Assembly: GCA_964650885.1 (NCBI GenBank)
Contig: CAZYXG010000004.1
Location: 9,723 to 73,722, forward strand
Length of the DNA stretch: 64,000 bases
From: an uncultured Hyphomicrobiales bacterium
GTDB taxonomy: Bacteria > Bacteroidota > Ignavibacteria > Kapaibacteriales > UBA2268
Reading direction: 5' to 3'
The translations under genes were made by a program, and so were the position numbers. The notes under the pieces were generated by a model that was not told the origin of the DNA, ran no database searches, and saw nothing but the letters and a program-made list of their open reading frames with translations. How positions within the stretch are numbered: position 1 is the stretch's first letter; the number at the start of each line of letters is the position of its first letter. Of this stretch, positions 48,101 through 56,920 are shown piece by piece.

Positions 48101-50331
48101 AAATGTTTGTAGTAGATAGTTTGCCAAGAATTTTTGAAAATGACGAACCTGAATCTGCTGTAACTAGAACTAAATCAGATGGCACATTGTTAGATACAAT
48201 AGTTCACTATGTACCTTCAGTTTATACTTGTGATTTGACTCAAGACGGTAGATTGAAAGCTAATTTGACTGATAAATTAAGATTCCAAATTGACATTAAC
48301 TCTGATGATGAATTAGAAGATAATGCTGCAATTGCAAAAGGTTGGGATTTCAAATATGGTCAATCAGCTTATGCATTCTTAAATAAAGTAAGAAATGGTG
48401 GCGATATCAACAATCCAGTTGATATTGTATTGGATACTACTTTTATTTGGGATAATGATTCACAAACTTACACTGCTGTATTGAATCAATCTAAACCAGG
48501 TTGGTTAGATGATAAATACATGTACAGATATGCTGATGAAACAACTCAAGATCAATTTGTTCAAGACTTTACTGCTAAAGGTCAAATCAACATACGTATT
48601 CCACGTGCTCAAGCTTTGACTTTGTTAACTCCAGTAAATGTTCAGAACAATGCTTTGAATACAGACACATCAATGACAATCATTTTGAATGATGGTCACG
48701 GTGGAAAAACTCAGAAGAAATACAATGTATTTGTGAACGTAGCTCCACAAATCTTGACTAATTCATTGGCGAATGCTAAAGAAGACTTTGATTATAACCC
48801 ACAATTGTTAGATTCTAACGTTAACGGTACTCGTATGATTAGAGTATTTGATGCAAACTTTGGACAAGCAAGAACATTCGAATTGATTTACAAAGCTTAT
48901 TCAAGCAACACTATTTCTAAAGACCCTTGCTACATTGAAGCTGGTGTTTGGGATGTTACTAACTTGAAAACAACACCAGAATGGTTGAAAATTAACCCAA
49001 TTACTGGTTTGTTATATGGTAAACCTGGAATCAAAGATGCACCAAAAACTGAATCAGTTACTGTATTAGTTACTGATGCTGAAGGATTGACAGATTTAAG
49101 AACTTACCAATTAGTAGTAGAAAAAACTGATCACAATCCAAACTTATCAGCTGCTCCTAATGTAAATTGTATTGATGGTACTAAATCTTACTTAGATACT
49201 TTAGTAGTATCTGATAGAGACTTAATTAGAGATGCTTCTGCAAATCCAAATGAAGAAAACTTAACTTTAACAGTTATTTCTCCATCTGGATTAACATTAG
49301 AACCTTCTACAGTTAAAGGACCTTTGTCTGATTCAACAATTAAAGTTGTAATCAAATCAACTGGTACTGGTTTCAATCCAGCTCGTGATAACGATGGTAA
49401 AATAACAGTAAGAATAGAAGTAACTGATGGTGCGGGTAACAAGAGTACTTTAATATACAGATTGAAAGTTAGCGAAGCTACTAGATTTGTAAGTAATGTG
49501 AAAGTAACTAACTCAATCGGTGGAACTCAAATACTTGAATGGGGTACAGCAGATAGAAACGTATCTACAGGTGATAATACTGATGGTGCTGCAATAGGTA
49601 AATTAGATTCTAACTATTGTGAGTATGAATTAGCTCCTTATCCTCCAACAGACGTATTTGATGCTAGATGGACAATACCAACAATCAATGGTGTGGTTAG
49701 ATCTATTTATCCTTCTTCTGTAAACAAAAACCAAATCTACATTGCACAATTACAACCTGGTGATGTAACTGGTAGCGGTAGTGGTAACTATCCATTGACT
49801 ATATCTTGGGATATGACAAGTGTTCCAGATAAATCTGACGCAGCTAAAAATCCTACTAGTTCTTCTTGGGCTATTAGAGATGCCTTATCTAACGGTAACT
49901 TGTTCAGTATTAACATGAACACAGGTGACGGTAGATTTGTAAATGGTTTCGAAGGTAAGAAAAATGGTAACCAATACGAATTGACTGTAAATAATACTTC
50001 AACTAAAGCTTTCGTTATCTTCCAAGATTGGAATAGCGATGTGGCAACTGACTACAATCCTGCATTTACAAACAAAATTAGCACAGTTTCTCCAAATCCT
50101 GTTGTAAACCAAGCTAATATTGAATTTGAACTTGCAAACTCTAATAATGTTTCTATTGAAATAGTAGATATGTTGGGTAACGTAGTTGCAACTGTAGCAA
50201 ATGGTTTCTACACTCCAGGTCAATACAAAATAGTATGGACTGGCGCAGAAAACATGGCTTCTGGTGCATACGTGGTAAGAATGAACGCAGGAACTGTAAC
50301 TGATACTTATTCAGTAACCATAGTTAAATAA
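42145..50331 (+). CDS. Giant (2728 aa) T9SS-sorted adhesin-like surface protein: Pmp-type beta-helix repeats + Ycf48/BNR beta-propeller + Ig/cadherin-like (He_PIG-type) domains + CTD
   Basis: Track ORF 42022..50331. The ATG at 42145 is preferred: GGAGG at 42136-42140 and signal peptide MQRFYRLFLLAMIALLAVNVGLAQ. Repeated GGAIY/GGALY...F(T/D)NN blocks lie at about 43085..44560. BNR/Asp-box motifs TTNGGTTWSAIN, TINGGIDWNQT, TTVDAGDTWTEIT and KSTDAGATWKSV lie at about 44850..45730. NVAPQILTNSLANAKEDFDYNP and ITGLLYGKPGIKDAPKTESVTVLVTDAEGLTD lie at about 48700..49480. The C-terminus ...SPNPVVNQANIEFELANSNNVSIEIVDMLGNVVATV...SGAYVVRMNAGTVTDTYSVTIVK is a CTD. Confidence 0.75.
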   Translation: MQRFYRLFLLAMIALLAVNVGLAQKPIVYVSGKLTPNNVRTFQKDSLYIINNEYVVGGTLLIEPGTEVQFYPNGRLIDSTGGRIIADGDASAVYTPQPNNGGLDMDPIAGASPLNPLNWSGYADLNYFTYSSGTATNRNTIKVNTVRDLTVHSTKENIVYNVVIDKSTRRLKNLTPGYVLGINEEIIPFEKAMMLQISRMVNDPNSDALLNNRPWKRIKTTTQTTDIVDITSGQIKFNGQNTNNISREWGHIVILPGARAAFFRNCKFEGFKKDTTVDRLPYYNVNQGGAGEVAAWRSVNEKLKQLSNGSGGAITSFSSRTWLLNVEFNNNRAFRRGGALQLLQAPNGFPGSFATLNDLVASVGEYDLNKNPNITDKDGLASQILAKPEVIIPRLSMLDEAAGTTPFAVAALETNDRDRQNWDDARLALYLGRIRNVKFTNNKAQLNNVGMVSVGIPPVTQVTDILTTPAAFPTNYGSTVAGGALYISGNGEIPGTYDEANLNETANRMIEVGLGINNSINISTGTLTFPNADSFTATNNEAKNYQSNPSSPGANGGAIYAGAYTSLIVAGNFTSNKAQAPFMQSDALSVGADRYARGGAIFATNTQARLQVVGGKSRDLISNATLFTRNEAASGGAIYVSGNSSTYSSPIIGGADNTLERRDVGYNIQFDNNKALVYGGAIYTLRNMYVNGAGGATPIELIGYDDFNRTRFVNNTAGYSGGAISINIPNNSILRSFNRNIEFVRAYFGNNTVGNAVNNTNVAEIRGGGAVYNLNGNVGLIKGTEFNGNIVYNSNGGALTTVHPEQSQRRFVISDLDVVTYEPAADENNVFSTDLIPSFYTTADAIFTKAPGAPYPADVRMMTRFIGNKALTPDATILAAQSGSGVTQVGSGTLKTTEQLKGMFWINETTGYAVGGNGTVIKFTNGGDEWNYVSTGSTANLNDVFFTSSNVGYIVGNQGTLLKTTNGGTTWSAINVDVLTGGSPVVNTSNFTSISFVGSNSGYVTTNNGYVIRTSDAFVSNFNTNIDNNGIQASPLNNIYTSGVDNYTAVGEVKTILKRDLGFPSFTFQVSPVNAVFNTVWYTSSTRGYIGGTNGTILKTINGGIDWNQTINPATGTIGALTFVSPSKGFAVNGSGKVLTTVDAGDTWTEITGNTNLNALYDLSFPTPSIGFAVGNAGTLLKSTDAGATWKSVGPNDQSVVDVVRKHKGTDLPENGIGLGGAIYLLDKANIARIGRRDSIQFNRVRMQNNESYTGSVIYSDNYDLKLILNRTLIIGNKANSKVGVTQNVITGPIERDNTGRVIANKASSDLVPATIYGEIQGPLPSASFSVAANSIYNNDAKFLIRLPDAPNTKGVLAGTLGLGLGGTDTLRGNYWGQTEANVILEIQNIVLGAAKTTQETFFVEGNGTTVMKFIPTATTNLTEQGPFESISRYAYTPIPSMNNVNNEDLAAANTIPENLLLSGKVYDIYDKGTDVKTADYSKRRMSPIEDFAVGIAPISRTYAVANTPSNGKHVKRYIRDPFATEALSSGTLTNPWLASMQDEFRNDANGNSYQPLGMPLFLESRVNYDGLIENSNHDPLMLNEAVYFVINQTSGDLIRVNMRQLSEDAPGRELLRARVDLVPDSTISPATPLERYNRASIRRSGEGIANYGIGSDILNALYRNADREDKAVLVGRKYDANITDFANDASIFSNRPSITGKATYFAGERYRALPVCVGDKIQILSRTALWNQGIAAADAGSITFTISNSTMPPRFTGNIISLQKDTIVKIVPSELQSKRLLGIPDTIRMVELLNKKFITEDRSYPRVRGTYSSTTTLPENGRGTDSILTVTATDTNKFYDPRSFFAPDKFPRLTYTWNVDPTSGLARWMQADTIKVTNVGTPNANSQNPRDLALGYIKFRGQAINPYVVPGGEDVTVTAANYPPSFRLLDTLKSYGVTDQNILDYSVNIYGKYFHAPVYDNINARYLQQDTINSGKNFTVSHTYKMFVVDSLPRIFENDEPESAVTRTKSDGTLLDTIVHYVPSVYTCDLTQDGRLKANLTDKLRFQIDINSDDELEDNAAIAKGWDFKYGQSAYAFLNKVRNGGDINNPVDIVLDTTFIWDNDSQTYTAVLNQSKPGWLDDKYMYRYADETTQDQFVQDFTAKGQINIRIPRAQALTLLTPVNVQNNALNTDTSMTIILNDGHGGKTQKKYNVFVNVAPQILTNSLANAKEDFDYNPQLLDSNVNGTRMIRVFDANFGQARTFELIYKAYSSNTISKDPCYIEAGVWDVTNLKTTPEWLKINPITGLLYGKPGIKDAPKTESVTVLVTDAEGLTDLRTYQLVVEKTDHNPNLSAAPNVNCIDGTKSYLDTLVVSDRDLIRDASANPNEENLTLTVISPSGLTLEPSTVKGPLSDSTIKVVIKSTGTGFNPARDNDGKITVRIEVTDGAGNKSTLIYRLKVSEATRFVSNVKVTNSIGGTQILEWGTADRNVSTGDNTDGAAIGKLDSNYCEYELAPYPPTDVFDARWTIPTINGVVRSIYPSSVNKNQIYIAQLQPGDVTGSGSGNYPLTISWDMTSVPDKSDAAKNPTSSSWAIRDALSNGNLFSINMNTGDGRFVNGFEGKKNGNQYELTVNNTSTKAFVIFQDWNSDVATDYNPAFTNKISTVSPNPVVNQANIEFELANSNNVSIEIVDMLGNVVATVANGFYTPGQYKIVWTGAENMASGAYVVRMNAGTVTDTYSVTIVK

Positions 50332-50426
50332 TAAAATATTGTGTAAGCCCTTTTCTAAAGTAGAAAAGGGCATATACAATAAAAATAAAAATCTTGGAAA
50401 TGAAAAATAATAACGGAGTTAATAAA

Positions 50427-52343
50427 ATGAGAAAAAAAATCTACGGAGCTTTGGGAGCCCTTGCGCTTTCATTAACTATGCTCGTGCAGACTTCTACTGC
50501 TCAAATCTACGGTGAATTTGAAACCGTGAAAGTAGTACAAGAAAATTATACCCCTATTATAGGTGGTACAGTACATGCATCAACTGAATTCAAATCAGGC
50601 GATTTAGGAATCGGCGGCGTGACTGATAAAGATGATGGATATAAAAAAATAACATTGCCATTTACATTTGAATTTAATGGCGATAACTATGATGAAGTTT
50701 GGGTTAATGTTAATGGATATGTTCAGTTTTTGAAACCTGGCGTACTTCCTTTATCTTTACCTCAAAAATTAGGTACTCGTTTGTTTACATTTGACAACAG
50801 TAGTGTTGCCTATAATGTTGTTGCTCCTTTCTGGGGTGATCACTTTTATAGAGATGGAGGTGATATATCAAGTTCATTTACACCATCTTCAATAATTACA
50901 CAAGCTTTACCAAGCCTAAGTTCTGCTACAGTATTTACTATTGAGTGGAAAGACTTACAAGTAAATAGAGATATAACAAATTTAGCTAATACAAACTTGC
51001 AATCTTCTATTGCAAATTTTCAAGTTAAATTCTACAAATCTACTATTTCAAGTACAAAACAAGGCGATATCGAATTTTGCTATGGTTTAGTTGGTAATAA
51101 TCCTAGACTACCTTCTTCTACTACAATCACAGATGTAATTACAAGAAATGCATCTATTGGAGTGAAAGGCGATGTTGGTGATTTTATTAATGCATTGCAC
51201 AACGATGTTTTTGGAACACCTGCTTTGGCAAAGTCTTCAACAATCTTGACAACTGGATGGCAACCATCTGGCGGATCTAACAGAAGATTACGTTACATAG
51301 CTAAAAGAAACTTTAATGTTGCTGAATTCTGGGGTGATGGAGATGCTGACTTCTCTAAAGCTGAAGGAAGACCACACGCTGCTTTCTTTAATGTACAAAA
51401 CAGATATGTAACTATCAATGATGTTCGTGTAATCTTAAGAAGCGTTGCAAGAAGAATTCCATTAGACAGTATTAGAAGAAGAGCTGCATTCCACGCAGAC
51501 GTTACTCACAATGGCCGTTTCTACTATAATGGTGGTGTAAGAACTTCTATTCCAAATAGAGATTTGAACTATGATGAGAATTTACCAGCTGGTATTTCTT
51601 CTGAAAAAGTTGTTTATTACCAAGCAAATGAATTTGATGCAGCAATTATTTTAAATTATTTGTCTGCTAAATTACCTTCATTACCTTGGAGATACGACAC
51701 AGTTCCTTTATATGGAAAAGAAAAATTCGATGGTGCTTATGCTAACAGCATTAAATTAGGAACTTCAGTTAAAGATAATGGTATTGTAAGATTACCAATC
51801 TCTTTAAACGGTAGAATTAATGGTGCTTTAGGCGTTAAATTCAATGTGAATGGCGAAATCGTTAATGTTGTTGGAAACGGCGATAATAAATTAGCTTTTG
51901 ATTTTGATGGCAACACAGTTGTTATAGCTGGTGCTGGTGAATTCGCTGCTAACGAAGAAATTGCTTACCTTGATGTGAGAACTACTTCAAATGAAATTAA
52001 ATTGACTGATATAAATTTCAACGATAACCAAGTTGGCGAAATTTCAACTTTAGAATCATTGGAAGACAATGGCGCTAACTTAATGAATACTCCAAATCCA
52101 TTTAACACTACAACAGATATTAAGTTTGATGTTGCTGTTTCTGGAAACTATGCTTTAGCTATCTATGATGTTTATGGTAAACTTGTAAAAGAATTATCTA
52201 ACAATTTCTTGAATGCTGGAAAGTTTTCATTTAATTGGGATGGAACTACTCTTACTAATGAATCTGCTCAATCAGGTATGTACGTTGCTAAATTAACTTC
52301 TGGCAATAATACTTACACTGTTAAAATGGTTCTTACTAAGTAA
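50427..52343 (+). CDS. Hypothetical T9SS-sorted secreted protein
   Basis: Track ORF from 50394. Start ATG at 50427 (MRKKIYGALGALALSLTMLVQTSTAQ, with GGAG 9 nt upstream) or at 50394. The C-terminus NTPNPFNTTTDIKFDVAVSGNYALAIYDVYGKLVKEL...SGMYVAKLTSGNNTYTVKMVLTK is a CTD. Confidence 0.6.
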   Translation: MRKKIYGALGALALSLTMLVQTSTAQIYGEFETVKVVQENYTPIIGGTVHASTEFKSGDLGIGGVTDKDDGYKKITLPFTFEFNGDNYDEVWVNVNGYVQFLKPGVLPLSLPQKLGTRLFTFDNSSVAYNVVAPFWGDHFYRDGGDISSSFTPSSIITQALPSLSSATVFTIEWKDLQVNRDITNLANTNLQSSIANFQVKFYKSTISSTKQGDIEFCYGLVGNNPRLPSSTTITDVITRNASIGVKGDVGDFINALHNDVFGTPALAKSSTILTTGWQPSGGSNRRLRYIAKRNFNVAEFWGDGDADFSKAEGRPHAAFFNVQNRYVTINDVRVILRSVARRIPLDSIRRRAAFHADVTHNGRFYYNGGVRTSIPNRDLNYDENLPAGISSEKVVYYQANEFDAAIILNYLSAKLPSLPWRYDTVPLYGKEKFDGAYANSIKLGTSVKDNGIVRLPISLNGRINGALGVKFNVNGEIVNVVGNGDNKLAFDFDGNTVVIAGAGEFAANEEIAYLDVRTTSNEIKLTDINFNDNQVGEISTLESLEDNGANLMNTPNPFNTTTDIKFDVAVSGNYALAIYDVYGKLVKELSNNFLNAGKFSFNWDGTTLTNESAQSGMYVAKLTSGNNTYTVKMVLTK

Positions 52344-52344
52344 T

Positions 52345-53475
52345 TTGGAAAAGATATTGAAAATATGGCTACTTTTAATTGCTATCTTTGCGATAAGTAG
52401 CCATAATTCAATTGCTCAACCAAAGTTTCAGATTGTTCTGAAAAACAATAACGGTACCTTAGACTTATGTGGCAATAGTTTTAGAAAGGAAGTTCTATTA
52501 ACTGTTAACCTTGGATTAATTGAATCAAAAGATTCTCTTTTGGGATTTAATTTCAAGATAAAGTATGACACAAATAAAGTAAAATTTAATACTTATTTGA
52601 AAAGTAATACTTTGAGTGCGTTCTTTAATTTTGCTGATGGTAGAGTGTCAAGGACTGAACAAGGACTTTTTGCAAGCGGTGGACAAATCAATGATTTGTT
52701 TGTACCAATTGTTGGGAATAAGCCTCTTGTAGCTTTTGCTGGTGAATATATTGCTGATTGTAATGATTCAACTATAATTGAAGTCGAATATTTTGAGTTC
52801 AATGATGAGTTTACGAAAAAATTAGATATAGATACACCTTATGTTAGCCTGAAAGTACTTGGCGAAATTGAAAAAAAACCAGAAAGAAAAATGGTAGTCA
52901 ATTTCACAAAAGACACAATCGTAATTTATGCGGATAGTCTTTATGAGGAATCTTTCGAATTAACTTCAATGGCAAATAGTAAATCAGAGAATGTTACAGT
53001 AACTTTTACTAAAGATTCTGATAAAATTAGAATCACAGATTTAGTTGCCCAAGATAGCTCTGCTAAAGTAACTGTCTTTTTGAATGACTTTGCATTAACA
53101 CTTGCTGAAATTAATAATCAGCAAACTGGTATCACTAAAAAGTTTAAAATGAAGTTGAAATCTGAACTAGATGAAGATTTCGTTACTAAGATTTATACTA
53201 AAAGTGAAATCAATGTTAACTGCACTTGCATTACTGAGATATTTGAAGATAGCGTAACTGTTATAGTTAAAAAGAAACAAATAAATTCTGTCGTTGAAGA
53301 TAGAAACTATTACGAAAACTTGAAAAAAATTGACGTTTACAACTACTTAGGTCAAAGAGTGAAAGAAGTAAATAGTTTAATAGAATTAAACAAAATGCCA
53401 AACGGTATATATTTACTTGAAATAATATCTGAAGACAATACTAAAAGGTTACAAAAATTGATAATAAACAATTAA
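52345..53475 (+). CDS. T9SS-sorted protein with cohesin-like N-terminal domain
   Basis: 376 aa. Signal peptide MEKILKIWLLLIAIFAISSHNSIAQ. ...KEVLLTVNLGLIESKDSLLGFNFKIKYDTNKVKFN resembles the cohesin core (F.F.I.YD.N.L). The short CTD is ...DVYNYLGQRVKEV...PNGIYLLEIISEDNTKRLQKLIINN. Starts 2 nt after the upstream gene. Confidence 0.5.
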   Translation: MEKILKIWLLLIAIFAISSHNSIAQPKFQIVLKNNNGTLDLCGNSFRKEVLLTVNLGLIESKDSLLGFNFKIKYDTNKVKFNTYLKSNTLSAFFNFADGRVSRTEQGLFASGGQINDLFVPIVGNKPLVAFAGEYIADCNDSTIIEVEYFEFNDEFTKKLDIDTPYVSLKVLGEIEKKPERKMVVNFTKDTIVIYADSLYEESFELTSMANSKSENVTVTFTKDSDKIRITDLVAQDSSAKVTVFLNDFALTLAEINNQQTGITKKFKMKLKSELDEDFVTKIYTKSEINVNCTCITEIFEDSVTVIVKKKQINSVVEDRNYYENLKKIDVYNYLGQRVKEVNSLIELNKMPNGIYLLEIISEDNTKRLQKLIINN

Positions 53476-53507
53476 TTAATTTTTAAATATTTAAATGGAG
53501 TCCTAAT

Positions 53508-56500
53508 ATGAAGGATTTTTTAACAAAAATGAAAAGCGGTAAGTTTATGCTTGCGTTTATGCTATTAATGGCATTAACAATTGCATCTACAGACTTATAC
53601 AGCTTAGCTTATGGCGGAAAACCACAAAAGCCACGTCTTAGTTTGACTGGAGCGGCTGATGGTTTTAACTCTGATTGGTACCCTGATGGTAAAATTTGGT
53701 TGCCAATATCTGCAAATGGTACAAGAGAATTCTTAATGCCAGTATTTCTTGATAATAGATACGATACAAGAATTGTAAGAAGAACTACTCCACCATTGCC
53801 AGATACTATCTACTACGTAGTAGATCCTATCAAAAGTTTTAGATTTAAAATTATGTACGATAGCGCTGCTGTAAGAGTTGTCGGTGTACAAGCTACAAAT
53901 CCAGACAATGCTCCTGTAGATTTGTCTGAACAACCATTAGCTAATAGTTTCAATATTTCATGGAGCGATTCAGCTGATGTGAAATACATGTACTATGTTA
54001 GAGATGGAAGTTTAACTAATCCAAATTATACAGGGCCTACAAGTGCTGATGCACTTAGAGGTAGATCAGTAACTATTACTGGTGCTTCAGATAAAGCTTT
54101 GGCAAGTACTTATAATAGCCCGAACAATCCTGATCAAGGAGTTAACTATAAAGTTTTGGTTTATGTTAAATTTAGAATCGTACCAAAATCAGACGCTGAT
54201 TTGACTACTTCTAGATTAACTCCAGTATATATTTCACCAGATGAAATAATGTACAATAACTGGAATGCTGCGAAAGATCCAATTTTACCTTACTATAGAG
54301 AAAATGCTAATTCTGCTGCCCAGTGGGCTTCAGATTATACTGGTGAGACATATTCACCTGCTAATTATTTTGGTCAAAAAACTTTAGCAAACGTTTATGT
54401 AGATCAAACAAGAGCTTTGGCTGGTATTAACAATACTTCTGAAAGAGAAAATAACTTACAATTGCCTCCAAGTCCTTGGGGTAGTTTATGGGTTAGATTT
54501 TTCTCAACTCCATCTTTATTTGCATTTAAATCAAACAGATCTATTGATCCTCCAAGAGCTATTTCTAAATTAAGTAAAACTGTTAACGGTCAAGTTGTAG
54601 AAGATCCATCTAATTGGGAAATTATTACTCCTATTACTGTTGATAACAACCCAAGTAACCCAAGTGTTGGCACTAGAGAAATGGAAATCTTTTTGGAAGG
54701 AAGCGGAACAAGAGCTACTGACGTAACTATTGAATCTGATTCTCCTTGGTTGCTTTTCTCAAGCAAAACTGGTGCTGCTTATAAATCAAGTCCATCTATG
54801 TCTTCACCTACAAGAAGTGGTTACATTAACTGGTTGGATAATGGTATTTTGGGCAAAAATGGTTTAGCTACTCCTACAGTATTAGGTGGCGATGCACCAG
54901 AAGAATTAATTTCTGCTATCAATATCCTATGCGATCCAAGTAAATTGACTTTAGGAAATGGAGAGAAAGAAGGTATCCATGTAGGTTACTTGACTTTCAG
55001 ATCTAACTTTGCTAACATTTCTCCTACTAGAGTGAAAGTTACTTTTATTTACTTTAAATCTCCACAAGAGGGTATTAGAGCTGGTGCAGCTCCTGGTATC
55101 AAAATCAAAATGAGAAACTCTAAACCAGTTACTCCTGATACTACATCTTTGATTTTTGGAACAGGCCCTAGAGCTACTAGAGGTGTTGATACGCTTTATG
55201 GTGAATATGCTAAAGAATTCTGTAGCTTCTGCCCAAGTGCTAGCCCAAGAGTTTTTGGTGCTGCTTTCTTCCCTTATAGAATGAAACCTGCTGATTCATT
55301 GGCTACAGCTAAATTTGGTTTTGGTGATTTTTCTAAAAATGACGAAAAACCATATTCTGCTTCTAGAGATATTAGAAGTGTAGATGATTCAACTGAATCA
55401 ATTACTTACTTAGTGAATTTCTTTGCTAATGGCGATGCGAATTACCCTGTAACATTGGAATGGGATTTGAGAGATTTCCCTGATGGTGCAAGTTTGTTTT
55501 TGAAAGATAACTTGAATGGTGGTGGTTTCCCTGCAGTAGATATGAGAAATACTACTGTAACAGGTCAATATACTCGTTCTTTCGTAATTCAAGATCCAAA
55601 AATTACTTCTTACTTGATTGAATATACATTGCCAACAGTAATTGATTACGTTGATGATAACAAATTGCCAATCATTAAAACTGGTTGGAACATGCTTTCT
55701 ATGCCTGTTAAACCAACTAATACTCAATACCGTAATATTTACAGAAATGCTATTGCAAAACCATACAACTATGCACTTGGTAACTATCAAGAAAATGATG
55801 TGCTTACAGCTGGTGTTGGTTATTTTGTGAAATATGGTGTTACTATTGATAGTAAATTCTCTGGTTCTGTGATTACTGAAATCTCTCCAGCTGTTGGAAA
55901 TACTGTAAAAGTATGGCCTGGCGATGCTGGAAAAGGTGGATGGAATTCAGTTGGTGGTTTATCTTTCCCAACTTCAATAACAAATATTGATTTTGAAAAA
56001 TTTGGAACTGTTGCTTTACCAGACAAAAACTATACATTGAAATTTGGTGTTTGGACTTACAAAACTAGCAATGGTTATTTTGAAGTTTCTGAAATCAAAC
56101 CAGGTTTGGGTTACTTCATTAAAGTTGATAAAGATGGTTACTATAAATTGACTAACCCTAATATTAAAATGGGTGTCAATATGTTGACTAATGGTAAAGA
56201 AGCAATTTACAATGCTTCTACTGCTATCAATGTTGTTGATAACGCAAACAGCAAATCTGTTGTTTACTTATCAAACAATACTGAGTTAGAAGTAGAAAAC
56301 TTTGAAATGCCTCCAGCTCCTTCAACTAATATGTTTGATGTACGTTTTGCTACTACAAATACTAACTTAGTAAACAATGATAATGCAGTTATCAGCATGC
56401 AAGGTGTTACTTACCCTGTATCTATATCTGCTAAAAATGCTAACTCTAACTTGTCATTTGTTGATGCAGTTACTGGTGAAGTATTTGGTAACATTTTGAA

Positions 56501-56834
56501 AGGTTCAGAGAAAAACATTGAAATTAAATCTAGTTCAAGTGCAGTTAGAGTTATAGCTACTGAAAGCAATGATGAAGCATCATCTTTCGTTAATTATCCT
56601 AACCCAGTAACTAACAATACTAATTTCAACTACAGTGTAGCTAACAATACCAACGTAACAATTGAAATCTACAATCAAGTAGGTTCAGTAGTTGCAACTG
56701 TTGTTAATGAATTCCAAAAAGCTGGAAATCACACAGTATCATTTGACGCAAGCAACTTGCCAAGTGGTTCTTATGTTGTGAAATTCAACTCTAATGGTAC
56801 TACTGCTACTCGTACAATTTCTATCGTTAAGTAA
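53508..56834 (+). CDS. Hypothetical large (1108 aa) T9SS-sorted secreted protein
   Basis: Signal peptide/TM MKSGKFMLAFMLLMALTIASTDLYSLA. No assignable catalytic motif. The C-terminus YPNPVTNNTNFNYSVANNTNVTIEIYNQVGSVVATV...SGSYVVKFNSNGTTATRTISIVK is a CTD. Confidence 0.6.
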   Translation: MKDFLTKMKSGKFMLAFMLLMALTIASTDLYSLAYGGKPQKPRLSLTGAADGFNSDWYPDGKIWLPISANGTREFLMPVFLDNRYDTRIVRRTTPPLPDTIYYVVDPIKSFRFKIMYDSAAVRVVGVQATNPDNAPVDLSEQPLANSFNISWSDSADVKYMYYVRDGSLTNPNYTGPTSADALRGRSVTITGASDKALASTYNSPNNPDQGVNYKVLVYVKFRIVPKSDADLTTSRLTPVYISPDEIMYNNWNAAKDPILPYYRENANSAAQWASDYTGETYSPANYFGQKTLANVYVDQTRALAGINNTSERENNLQLPPSPWGSLWVRFFSTPSLFAFKSNRSIDPPRAISKLSKTVNGQVVEDPSNWEIITPITVDNNPSNPSVGTREMEIFLEGSGTRATDVTIESDSPWLLFSSKTGAAYKSSPSMSSPTRSGYINWLDNGILGKNGLATPTVLGGDAPEELISAINILCDPSKLTLGNGEKEGIHVGYLTFRSNFANISPTRVKVTFIYFKSPQEGIRAGAAPGIKIKMRNSKPVTPDTTSLIFGTGPRATRGVDTLYGEYAKEFCSFCPSASPRVFGAAFFPYRMKPADSLATAKFGFGDFSKNDEKPYSASRDIRSVDDSTESITYLVNFFANGDANYPVTLEWDLRDFPDGASLFLKDNLNGGGFPAVDMRNTTVTGQYTRSFVIQDPKITSYLIEYTLPTVIDYVDDNKLPIIKTGWNMLSMPVKPTNTQYRNIYRNAIAKPYNYALGNYQENDVLTAGVGYFVKYGVTIDSKFSGSVITEISPAVGNTVKVWPGDAGKGGWNSVGGLSFPTSITNIDFEKFGTVALPDKNYTLKFGVWTYKTSNGYFEVSEIKPGLGYFIKVDKDGYYKLTNPNIKMGVNMLTNGKEAIYNASTAINVVDNANSKSVVYLSNNTELEVENFEMPPAPSTNMFDVRFATTNTNLVNNDNAVISMQGVTYPVSISAKNANSNLSFVDAVTGEVFGNILKGSEKNIEIKSSSSAVRVIATESNDEASSFVNYPNPVTNNTNFNYSVANNTNVTIEIYNQVGSVVATVVNEFQKAGNHTVSFDASNLPSGSYVVKFNSNGTTATRTISIVK

Positions 56835-56920
56835 TTCACTTAACTTAGAGATACAATTCTATAAATGGGTAACATTATTGCAATGTTACCCATTTTATTT
56901 TTTTAGATGGAAATAATGAA

